Under the pieces are notes generated by a model. That model was not told where the DNA came from and made no database searches. It worked only from the letters and a program-made list of their open reading frames with translations. The position numbers and the translations under genes are program-made. This document shows positions 1 to 7,310 of a stretch of DNA of 40,638 nt, piece by piece. Origin of the DNA: an uncultured Candidatus Saccharibacteria bacterium (lineage in GTDB: Bacteria; Patescibacteriota; Minisyncoccia; Phycocordibacterales; DATDWN01); assembly GCA_964594005.1 (NCBI GenBank), contig CAZQKP010000001.1, positions 1-40,638 on the forward strand, written 5' to 3'. Each line of letters opens with the position of its first letter. Positions within the stretch are counted from its first letter, which is position 1.

Positions 1-245
1 GCGCCAGACCGGCGGCAGCAAGGGCCACCCAGAGGTAGTACTCTGGCACTTCACCTGCGGGGCCGGCAGGACCAGCGGAGCCAGCAAGTCCGACTGGGCC
101 GCGGGGGCCGATCGGGCCGCGGGGGCCGGCGATGGGCGCCGGATCGTGGCAGGCGGCGGGCGTGGGCGGCGCGATCTCCTGGGGGGGCGGCGAACGGAAT
201 GTTGATGAATGCAACCATCGTGAGAACCAGCCACACAATACGCAT
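1..245 (-). CDS. Partial collagen-like repeat protein, apparently frameshifted; runs off the left edge
   Basis: ATG at 245-243 opens a hydrophobic signal/TM-like N-terminus (MRIVWLVLTMVAFINIPFA). After a C7 run (G7 on + strand, 181-187) the +1 frame reads ...PIAGPRGPIGPRGPVGLAGSAGPAGPAGEVPEYYLWVALAAAGLA, with 9 consecutive G-X-Y triplets and an 18-nt internal repeat. The ATG frame itself stops at 53-51. Confidence 0.35.
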
Positions 246-279
246 AACGTCTCCTTTGAAAGAACAGTTGAAATTTTAC

Positions 280-333
280 TTCCCGTAAAAATTTTCAAAC
301 AATTTTTTAATAGTTTAAAAATTTTTACGGGAA
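280..333. repeat. Perfect 16-bp inverted repeat (ttcccgtaaaaatttt / aaaatttttacgggaa) with a 22-nt AT-rich loop
   Basis: Arms at 280-295 and 318-333 are exact reverse complements. It lies about 35 nt upstream of the minus-strand ATG at 245, so it could be an operator or a terminator. Confidence 0.9.
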
Positions 334-644
334 CCCAACCTTGGTTGGGGAGTAGCTCGGCCTCGAGCAAAGAACTAAGTGCTGCGATCTAAGGTCGTTC
401 CCGCAGCGGAGTGAGTTTGCAAGAGCGACCCCTTGCTTTTACCACCGGTTTGCCACCGGTTCACTCTTTTGACCACAACCTGCGCCCTTGTGAGGCCTCC
501 GGTTGTCCGAGTTGTCTTTCGACTCCATTGTGAGCTTATTGCGATCCACCCTGGCCGGGGCTTTTCGCATGTGAGGGGTCAAATCCTCACTTCCCCTGAC
601 GGGGCCTGGCCCTACGCTCACAACTTTCCCCCATCTTTACCTTG

Positions 645-663
645 GCAAACTTTGAAAGTTTGC
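645..663. repeat. 19-nt palindrome gcaaactttGaaagtttgc
   Basis: 9-nt arms around a single central base. The half-site GCAAA(C)TTTG resembles the arms of the 986-1031 inverted repeat. Confidence 0.85.
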
Positions 664-985
664 TGCAGCACTTTGTCAGTAATGGGAGAGGCATTCACAA
701 AGAGGCTTGCGACCCCTAAGCTTAGCCACTGACTTTCCAACTTGCAGGTGTTGGCACACTTCCGTCTCGTCGACGGAAACCCTTCGGGATGCAACTCCCT
801 CGGGCCAGCTTGTCTTCTAACTCTCTCCACGCTGCCAAGCGTGAAAAGCGAATTTGGCTAAGAGACCCCGGGCTGGTAGCCCTTCTCTCAACCACTTTCG
901 TGGAGATTTGGATTACCTTGCGGCAAACCCTGCCTCGGACGTGCTGACCGAGACAAATCGTCCATTGCTGGACTGTCATGCTCTC

Positions 986-1031
986 CAGAGCAAATTTGAT
1001 TTTCAAAAAATTGAAGACCAAATTTGCTCTG
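986..1031. repeat. Perfect 13-bp inverted repeat (cagagcaaatttg / caaatttgctctg) with a 20-nt loop
   Basis: Arms at 986-998 and 1019-1031 are exact reverse complements. Confidence 0.9.
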
Positions 1032-1218
1032 TGAGTTGGGTTGGAAAATTTTTTCAAAAAACTTCTGTTTCGTCCTGAATGTAGAAGGACTCATCAGGTG
1101 AAGTACACACTTCACGACAGCAACAGCTTTTTCAAGCTGGGTTATTTTTGTGACTCGGTTAACCAACCGCGTATGCATTTTCTGTTCCCAGGGCTGCGAT
1201 AACCCCCCGGCCCCCACA

Positions 1219-1425
1219 CTAGTGGGAAATAGAACCTGAGTTTCGCTGGAGATATTCTTCCAGGTACAACTCAGCTTGCTCAGGGGCTCCGTGCTTTTCA
1301 AGCCACAGAGCATAAGCAAGGGCGTCCGTCTCGGTTTCCCGAAACTTCGGCCGCACTATCCGGATGCCATCCGTAAACGAGTACGTGGCAATCTCGGCGC
1401 CCAGTAGGATTTTCACCTGGGGCAT
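1219..1425 (-). CDS. Hypothetical 68-aa protein; the only protein-like ORF in the GC-rich block
   Basis: MPQVKILLGAEIATYSFTDGIRIVRPKFRETETDALAYALWLEKHGAPEQAELYLEEYLQ... has a balanced, globular-looking composition, unlike the Arg/Pro/Ser-rich neighbouring ORFs. No family recognised and no clear SD. Confidence 0.25.
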   Translation of the reverse strand: MPQVKILLGAEIATYSFTDGIRIVRPKFRETETDALAYALWLEKHGAPEQAELYLEEYLQRNSGSISH

Positions 1426-1644
1426 TTTGAAAGAGCAATCAAGAGTGGGGGGTTTTGGGTTCGGATGGGATCGGAGACTTCAGGGTGCAAATCCTGAGCT
1501 CCATGCCTAACTTGATCCCTTTTGGTTCACCTCTGGGTGCGAATCGCCTCACGCGTCGTCTTATCCCAGCAATCAGGTTCCGCACAACCACGCCTTGCCA
1601 GCGCGATCCCGTATGCGGTATTTCAACCCGGCAACCCTACCCGT

Positions 1645-1688
1645 CCCCCCATTCCAGAAGGCAAAACTTGTTTTCTGGAATGGAGGGG
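1645..1688. repeat. Inverted repeat / hairpin (ccccccattccagaa ... ttctggaatggagggg)
   Basis: 11 perfect bp (ccattccagaa / ttctggaatgg) plus 3-4 G:C pairs after a one-base bulge; 13-nt loop. Confidence 0.85.
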
Positions 1689-1977
1689 CGGGAGCCTCTC
1701 CATGTTGTTAAACTGCAGTTTTTTGAGACTGTGCCGCGGGACCGTGATAAAAATCTGGACGGTTGCCTCGCTGGTGTTCACTTGTCTCAATCAACTTACA
1801 CGGACAGTATATACCCAATCGGTTTTTTTGTCAAGTTGTTTTGACATTTTCTTTTTATATATAAAAATATAGCCTTATTTATAGCTTTATTTTAGAAATC
1901 TATTTTAATTTAAGTTGACTTTTAATTAACTATGAAGGAATCCTAGAACACATGTAATTTTGATTTGTTAATTTGAT

Positions 1978-2006
1978 TTGACAAATAAAAAGGATAGGTA
2001 TATACT
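1978..2006 (+). promoter_or_regulatory. Near-consensus sigma70-type promoter TTGACA-17nt-TATACT
   Basis: TTGACA at 1978-1983, a 17-nt spacer, TATACT at 2001-2006. Two tandem 13-nt repeats (taattttgatttg 1955-1967, ttaatttgatttg 1968-1980) run into the -35. Confidence 0.5.
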
Positions 2007-2012
2007 GTTTGT

Positions 2013-2320
2013 AGGAGGTTCCCTTTATGCAGGACTGAGGCCGGGACCCGTCCGATAAGCCATGCCGAGAGCGTGGGTCGGACGGAGGGTGCCCCTCCTG
2101 TTCACATAGAGCGTCGTTGGTCAGAAGAATCGGTTACTTTTCGGAAGGACGGTTCAAAGGAGTCGCAGATCATGTTGGACGAGTAGCCGCAATGCCGACA
2201 GCGATCGTCGGCTAGGCGGAGGGCGAAAGCCCACAGCACAAGGCATCGCGACATCAGCGCGCGTTGCCACACGGGTCCGACCGGGAGAGAGTTTCACTCT
2301 TTTCTCCCGGCCGGACCTTC
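2013..2320 (+). ncRNA. Candidate structured non-coding RNA of about 300 nt, class unknown
   Basis: A GC-rich island in AT-rich DNA, with no ORF beyond a 3-codon ATG-CAG-GAC-TGA. It follows the promoter at 1978-2006. Nested hairpin 2048-2055/2078-2085 (8 bp) encloses ccatgc/gcgtgg; gggc-GAAA-gccc tetraloop hairpin at 2221-2232; gccgac/gtcggc hairpin near 2196-2210. It ends in a strong stem at 2274-2317. Confidence 0.4.
2274..2317 (+). terminator. Strong GC-rich stem-loop followed by a T-rich tract
   Basis: ggtccg/ccggacc plus ccgggagag/ctcttttctcccgg pair into about 17 bp, followed by ttcattatttattc. It sits 4 nt from the stop of the convergent TrmB-like gene, so it may act in both directions. 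Confidence 0.5.
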
Positions 2321-2321
2321 A

Positions 2322-3074
2322 TTATTTATTCTTTAAATTATCAAAGGCTAAATTAAAAAGGCTCTTTAAAGTTTCGGCCAGATCTTTGCTCCTAATATAG
2401 ACTGCGGAAAGATGCTTGCCTAAAATACTTATTCGAACCTTGTCCTTATAGATACTAATGTCAGCGTAAAAGGGATACTTCTTTTCATCAACCTTAACCC
2501 TCTGAGCCAATTCATCTGATTGTTTCTCGCCCTGGGACCAGTTATACAAAACTTTAGCTTTTACTTGTTTTGTTTTTCTTATTTTTTTGTATTTATCAGA
2601 TTCCCTATCCTTAAACACGTCATCCAGTAAATCCTTGGAATACATAATATAAATGGGGGAGTCATCCGGATTGTCATCATAAACATCTTCGTTAATACTC
2701 ACTATACCCTCCTTACCGGAATAAAATTTTACTTCAGGCTTTTCGCCAACTTCTCTCTGAACACTTTTTATTTGAGGAATCACATCATTAATAAATCGCT
2801 CCTTAAGCTCACTTAAAGCAGATTCTTTCCTCTCAAGATAGGTCTTGAGTCTTTCTGGAGGTTCAGCCACATATCTAAATTTTTTATTTTCTTCAACCTC
2901 TGTAACCAATCCCTTTTTAGAGAGAGAGCTTAAAATTGTATAAACTGTTGGTCTCTTTATCTTGGTCTTTTGAGCCAATTCTGCAACAGAAGCTTCCTCG
3001 AGCTGAATTAACTGTAAATATATCTTGGCTTCCTTGTCACTTAGACCAGCTTCTTCGAGATATTTTTCAAACAT
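2322..3074 (-). CDS. TrmB-family HTH transcriptional regulator
   Basis: N-terminus MFEKYLEEAGLSDKEAKIYLQLIQLEEASVAELAQKTKIKRPTVYTILSSLSKKGLV matches the TrmB winged-helix signature; 250 aa. Confidence 0.75.
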   Translation of the reverse strand: MFEKYLEEAGLSDKEAKIYLQLIQLEEASVAELAQKTKIKRPTVYTILSSLSKKGLVTEVEENKKFRYVAEPPERLKTYLERKESALSELKERFINDVIPQIKSVQREVGEKPEVKFYSGKEGIVSINEDVYDDNPDDSPIYIMYSKDLLDDVFKDRESDKYKKIRKTKQVKAKVLYNWSQGEKQSDELAQRVKVDEKKYPFYADISIYKDKVRISILGKHLSAVYIRSKDLAETLKSLFNLAFDNLKNK

Positions 3075-3138
3075 AACCCCATAATAGTATAAATAATTAC
3101 TCTTGCAAAGATGAGAAATTTGTGATATCTTGGGGTCA

Positions 3139-3405
3139 ATGCTTACGAAAAATAAGAAATCAAGGGTTGTGAAGGATGTGCAGGTACACGATAAAGATAC
3201 TGGCTCGCCAGAAGTTCAGATTGCTTTGCTTTCCAAGAGAATTGATGAGTTAGCCAGTCATTTAAAGAAAAATCCTAAGGATAACCACTCTAGAAGGGGA
3301 CTTTTACAGATGGTGGCTACTAGAAAGACCCACATGAAGTATTTGGAGAAGAAAAATCCGAGACGCTATAACTCTTTAGTTAAAAAGATTGGGCTTAAGA
3401 AATAA
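3139..3405 (+). CDS. rpsO: 30S ribosomal protein S15
   Basis: DTGSPEVQIALLSKRIDELASHLKKNPKDNHSRRGLLQMVATRKTHMKYL is classic S15. The ATG at 3139 is preferred over the track's TTG at 3130. Confidence 0.95.
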   Translation: MLTKNKKSRVVKDVQVHDKDTGSPEVQIALLSKRIDELASHLKKNPKDNHSRRGLLQMVATRKTHMKYLEKKNPRRYNSLVKKIGLKK

Positions 3406-3600
3406 TCTCGTTATCGCCTTTTCAAAGCTCGCATAAATTTCTACTGAAATTTTGCTCTGCTCGACAATCAAGCAATTAATCTCCTCGATACATAGCCTTC
3501 TCGCAAACTCGCTTCGCTCAAACAGTGCTTCAGGCTTATTTTATCTTCGTCGTTAATTGCTAATTGTCTGCGCAAGGCTCTGAAAAAGTGATAACTCGAT
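3405..3600. repeat. Long imperfect inverted repeat / extended hairpin of about 195 nt directly after rpsO
   Basis: Outer arms atctcgttatcgccttttcaaagc (3405-3428) vs gctctgaaaaagtgataactcgat (3577-3600). Middle arms gacaatcaagcaattaa (about 3463-3479) vs ttaattgctaattgtc (about 3553-3568). Inner gata..agcct vs aggct..tatc. Confidence 0.7.
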
Positions 3601-3661
3601 ATGTGATATACTAAGGGAGGAATATTTTTATAAGCGAATTTTATTATTATTTTTATAATAT

Positions 3662-4213
3662 ATGGCAGTTATTAAACACAAGAATCAGAGAGTTGGTATT
3701 TTTATAGATACACAAAATTTATATCACTCCGCAAAAAATATTTATGGTTGTAAGGTTAATTTTGGCCAAATGGTTAAAGATGGCTTGGCCGGCAGAAATT
3801 TAATACGTGCAGTTGCATATGTAATCACTACCGAATCAGGTGAAGAAAAAAGTTTTTTTGAGGCATTAGAGAAAATGGGAATTGAAACCAAAACTAAAAA
3901 CCTCCAGATTTTTTCTGGTGGGGCCAAAAAAGCAGACTGGGACGTCGGGCTAGCAGTGGATGCAATTAAACTTGCGCCGAAGTTAGACGCAGTAATCGTT
4001 TGTTCCGGTGATGGTGATTTTGTACCATTGGTAGAATATTTGAAAGTAAATGAAGGCTGTCAGGTAGAGGCTATGGCATTTGGCAAGGCATCTTCAGCTA
4101 GGTTAATTGAGGCAGTGGATGACTTTACAGATTTAGATGAACAACCTCGTAAATATCTTCTGGGTTATAGGGAAGAAAGGATGAGAAGAGCACCAAGGGT
4201 AATGGGGAAATAA
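3662..4213 (+). CDS. NYN-domain (LabA/DUF88-like) predicted RNase
   Basis: RVGIFIDTQNLYHSAK near the N-terminus and VCSGDGDFVPLVEYLK are the conserved acidic motifs of NYN/LabA proteins. Confidence 0.8.
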   Translation: MAVIKHKNQRVGIFIDTQNLYHSAKNIYGCKVNFGQMVKDGLAGRNLIRAVAYVITTESGEEKSFFEALEKMGIETKTKNLQIFSGGAKKADWDVGLAVDAIKLAPKLDAVIVCSGDGDFVPLVEYLKVNEGCQVEAMAFGKASSARLIEAVDDFTDLDEQPRKYLLGYREERMRRAPRVMGK

Positions 4214-4225
4214 ATTTTGACAAGA

Positions 4226-4249
4226 CAGCTCGCGAAAGCGGGTTGTTTT
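4226..4249 (+). terminator. Intrinsic terminator after the NYN gene
   Basis: cagctcgc-GAAA-gcgggttg: an 8-bp stem (two G:U pairs) with a GNRA loop, followed by tttt. Confidence 0.6.
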
Positions 4250-4250
4250 G

Positions 4251-4279
4251 TTGACACAGAGAAAGAAAAGGGTAGTATA
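4251..4279 (+). promoter_or_regulatory. Sigma70-type promoter: TTGACA, with TAGTAT/TATAAA-type -10
   Basis: TTGACA at 4251-4256. -10 candidates are TAGTAT (16-nt spacer, 4273-4278) or the overlapping gtataa/tataaa. Confidence 0.45.
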
Positions 4280-4284
4280 AAAAT

Positions 4285-4438
4285 GCCGAGGCCTGGGTCA
4301 GCCTCGGCCCGCCAAGCACCCAGGTGGGGAGGGCCAAAGCGGAAAACCGCGGCACCGCTGCGGACCCTCCCAAACTGGGTTAGTTCTTTCCGGCAAGTGC
4401 CAAATTTTGTACAGGCCGTCGCTACAATCTCGTAGGGA
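4285..4438 (+). ncRNA. GC-rich structured leader or small RNA, class unknown
   Basis: 8-bp hairpin gccgaggc/gcctcggc (4285-4292/4301-4308). Helix acccag/ctgggt (4318-4323/4375-4380) encloses gggaggg/ccctccc (4327-4333/4365-4371) and a gcgg-aaaa-ccgc hairpin (4339-4350). The overlapping 72-aa ORF is Arg/Pro/Ala-rich and implausible. Confidence 0.35.
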
Positions 4439-5335
4439 ATGGCTTTTTTTGTTAGAATAAATAAAATGTCTCCCGAAACTCCTAAAAAACCAGAAGAAGA
4501 ACATAAACCAATAAAAAGCCTGCGAACTTTCGCGGGAGATGTAGAAGAAGCAATTGAAAAAGAAAAGTTTTCAACGGCAACTATTGCATTGGCAGAGCAA
4601 AAAAGACGAGAGGAGAGGCACGAAAAAATAGAAGAATTTCCTGAAGTTAAAAATCGCACCAGTCTTTATATTTACGGAGCAATTGGGTTATTTGTGCTTA
4701 GTATTGTTTTAGTCGCTGGAGTTTATATCTGGCGAAATCGCCAGGATAAAAAAATAGTGGAAAGACCAGTTACTCCAATAAGTTTCACTAAATTAGATAC
4801 CTTCCCAATCGCTGGTAAAAACAAGGATGCCTTACAGACCGAGATACTGTCACAGCAAAAATCATTTAATTCCCCGATAAATTCTGTATTGTTTATAAAT
4901 TTCGTAGATACTTTTAATAAGGCAGATGATGTTAGTAGTCTAATTAGTCTAATTTTTCCAAATATTCCATCATCCCTTGCTAGATCGTTCGCAGGCAATT
5001 ATATGTTTGGTATATACGCTTACGATGTAAATGCGCCTTTTATTATTTTAAACACTAACGATTATGCCTTAAGCTATTCAGGAATGCTTAAGTGGGAAAA
5101 CAGCATACCTTACGATCTGGGCAAAATATTTAACATTACTCCAAACGCTTCAACCACCCTAAAATTTATAGACAAGTCTATAAAAAATTACGATATGCGT
5201 GTTTTAACCGACGATGCGAGAAACACACTCCTCGTTTACTCTTTTATAAATAGAAATACACTAGTAATTACTAAAAACGAAAATATTTTTTCGGCAATTG
5301 TGGCAAAATACGAGATCAGCAAACAAACTAGATAA
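4439..5335 (+). CDS. Hypothetical single-pass membrane protein
   Basis: Charged N-terminus with an LRTFAGDVEEAI motif, TM helix LYIYGAIGLFVLSIVLVAGVYIW, then an extracytoplasmic domain of about 200 aa. No named family. Confidence 0.7.
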   Translation: MAFFVRINKMSPETPKKPEEEHKPIKSLRTFAGDVEEAIEKEKFSTATIALAEQKRREERHEKIEEFPEVKNRTSLYIYGAIGLFVLSIVLVAGVYIWRNRQDKKIVERPVTPISFTKLDTFPIAGKNKDALQTEILSQQKSFNSPINSVLFINFVDTFNKADDVSSLISLIFPNIPSSLARSFAGNYMFGIYAYDVNAPFIILNTNDYALSYSGMLKWENSIPYDLGKIFNITPNASTTLKFIDKSIKNYDMRVLTDDARNTLLVYSFINRNTLVITKNENIFSAIVAKYEISKQTR

Positions 5336-5364
5336 AAATAAACCCCTTTGTTAAGATACAGATA

Positions 5365-5724
5365 ATGGAAAAAAATACAAAACATTTTGAAGACTTACTT
5401 CTGAAAGAAAAAACTCTTTTGGAAAAAGAACTTTCAACCGTGGGCAGAAAAAATCCGAAGGATTCCGATTGGGAAGCTATCGAAGGGGATGTGGTAACGG
5501 ACACGGCGGAAGAAGGCGATGTGGCGGAAGGCATCGAGGAATATGAAAAAAACAGCGCTGTTTTATCCCAATTAGAATTGCGATTGAAAGAAGTAAAAGA
5601 AGCACTAGACAAAATAAAAATGGGTAATTATGGTAAATGTGAAGTTGATGGTAACCCAATTGAGGACGATAGACTCGAAGCAAATCCTGCAGCCAAAACT
5701 TGCAAGGCACACATGAACGGGTAG
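5365..5724 (+). CDS. DksA/TraR-family protein (two-Cys variant of the zinc finger)
   Basis: Coiled-coil N-terminus, then GNYGKCEVDGNPIEDDRLEANPAAKTCKAH, matching the DksA/TraR C-terminal pattern (G.C..CG..I...RL...P....C..C) with only two Cys retained. Confidence 0.7.
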   Translation: MEKNTKHFEDLLLKEKTLLEKELSTVGRKNPKDSDWEAIEGDVVTDTAEEGDVAEGIEEYEKNSAVLSQLELRLKEVKEALDKIKMGNYGKCEVDGNPIEDDRLEANPAAKTCKAHMNG

Positions 5725-5735
5725 AATGCTAGATT

Positions 5736-7310
5736 ATGGCAGTTTCCAAAATATATTCTGCCCAGGCCAATCTCCTCAATGCACAAATAATTGATATTGA
5801 AGTTGATCTTTCGCGAGGGCTTCATTCTTTTTCTATTGTAGGCTTAGCTGATAAATCAGTAGATGAATCCAAAGACAGAGTCTCTGCGGCCATAAAAAAT
5901 TCTGGTTGGAAATCACCAAAAAATAAAAACCAGAAAGTAGTGGTGTCTTTAGCGCCTGCAGATGTCAAAAAAGAAGGTCCGATTTTTGATTTGCCAATTG
6001 CACTAGCATATCTAATCGCGGCAGAAGAGATTAAAGCTGATTTTAAAAATCGTTTGTTCATTGGCGAACTTTCTTTGGACGGGGGACTGCGCGGAGTTAA
6101 GGGTGCCTTGCCAATTACTCAAAAAGCTAAGAAATCTGGGTTTAAAGAAATATTTTTACCCAAAGAAAATGCGGAGGAAGCCTCGAATATTTCAGGCATA
6201 AAAGTCTATGGCGCTGAGACACTTTTGGATGTGATTAAACACATCAACACCAAAGAGATCGTGGGAGAAGATGGCGAAAAAATTTTGGAGCATAAAGAAC
6301 TTAAGCCTTTTGTGAATAAAAAGAAAAAAATCCAAAATTTGGAGGTGGAATTAGATTTTGCGGATGTGAAAGGTCAGGAAGCAGCTAAAAGAGGGCTCGA
6401 GATTGCAGCGGCAGGGGGACATAATATTTTAATGTACGGTCCGCCAGGCACAGGTAAAACAATGCTCGCCCGTGCCTTTACATATCTTTTGCCCGCCCTT
6501 TCTTTTGAGGACAAACTAGAAGTTACATCGATTTATTCAATTGGCGGAATGTTAAATGAATCTTTGGTGGAACACCCACCATTTAGATCGCCTCATCATA
6601 CTGCCTCGTATGTTTCCCTTGTGGGGGGTGGAGCAAATTTAAAACCAGGTGAAGTTACTTTGGCTCACAAAGGTGTTTTATTTTTAGATGAATTTCCGGA
6701 ATTTGATAAAAAAGTATTAGAGAGTTTGAGGCAGCCATTGGAAGATAGAGAAGTAACAGTCTCTCGTGCCAAAGGTTCGGTTAAATATCCGGCGCATTTT
6801 ATTTTAGTTGCCACCATGAATCCTTGTCCTTGCGGCAATTATGGCGTTAAGGGTAAAGAATGTACTTGTTCCGCTCAAGCAATCGAAAGATACAAAAGAA
6901 AATTGTCGGGGCCAATTGTAGATCGCATTGATTTATGGGTGGAGGTCTCCAAAGTGGAGCACCAGAAATTAACTGATGCGAGAGAATTACACGAAGGTAC
7001 AGAAAAAATTAAACCAAGAGTGTTAAATGCTAGAAAAATTCAAGAAAGCAGATTTAAAAGTGGTAAATTGAAGGTAAAAACAAATGCAGAATTAACAGCA
7101 CGAGATTTGGTTAAACATATTGTGCTTAAAGACAGTGTAAAAGAACTTTTGAATAAATCCGCGAAGCAATTGGATCTCTCCGCACGCTCGTATCACCGCA
7201 TAATTAAAATTGCGCGAACAATTGCAGACCTGGGGGGAAGTCGCGAGATTGAGGAAAATCATATTTTGGAAGCACTGCAATACAGACCGAAAAAATATCA
7301 AGCTGTTTAA
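5736..7310 (+). CDS. comM: YifB/ComM-family Mg-chelatase-like AAA+ ATPase
   Basis: Lon-protease-like N-domain, Walker A MYGPPGTGKTM, Walker B VLFLDEFPEF, a CPCG...C.C zinc motif and a C-terminal SARSYHRIIKIARTIADL. Confidence 0.92.
   Translation: MAVSKIYSAQANLLNAQIIDIEVDLSRGLHSFSIVGLADKSVDESKDRVSAAIKNSGWKSPKNKNQKVVVSLAPADVKKEGPIFDLPIALAYLIAAEEIKADFKNRLFIGELSLDGGLRGVKGALPITQKAKKSGFKEIFLPKENAEEASNISGIKVYGAETLLDVIKHINTKEIVGEDGEKILEHKELKPFVNKKKKIQNLEVELDFADVKGQEAAKRGLEIAAAGGHNILMYGPPGTGKTMLARAFTYLLPALSFEDKLEVTSIYSIGGMLNESLVEHPPFRSPHHTASYVSLVGGGANLKPGEVTLAHKGVLFLDEFPEFDKKVLESLRQPLEDREVTVSRAKGSVKYPAHFILVATMNPCPCGNYGVKGKECTCSAQAIERYKRKLSGPIVDRIDLWVEVSKVEHQKLTDARELHEGTEKIKPRVLNARKIQESRFKSGKLKVKTNAELTARDLVKHIVLKDSVKELLNKSAKQLDLSARSYHRIIKIARTIADLGGSREIEENHILEALQYRPKKYQAV

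Noticed and set aside
571-1497. Two T-arm-like hairpins (gtgaggGGTCAAATcctcac at 571-590 and tcaggGTGCAAATcctga at 1480-1497), considered as possible tRNA genes.
   Set aside because: The loops are 8 nt rather than 7. No complementary acceptor 5' strand, D-arm or anticodon arm can be placed upstream of either. They are kept only as part of the hairpin-dense block.
132-1872. Track ORFs in the GC-rich block: 132-392, 433-732, 439-621, 618-830, 722-1057, 854-1078, 888-1319, 1455-1844 and 1522-1872.
   Set aside because: They overlap one another in different frames and are Arg/Pro/Ser/Cys-rich with no recognisable motifs. That is what random open frames look like in GC-rich DNA. Only 1219-1425 was kept, at low confidence.
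2013-2320. Identity of the GC-rich RNA (and of 4285-4438) as RNase P RNA, tmRNA, SRP RNA or a known riboswitch.
   Set aside because: The P4 motifs (GAGGAAAGUCC / ACAGAA) are absent. So are the tmRNA 5' GGGG / 3' T-arm-ACCA ends and the SRP helix-8 GGAAGCAGC motif, and no riboswitch core that I can recall is present. The class is left as unknown rather than guessed.
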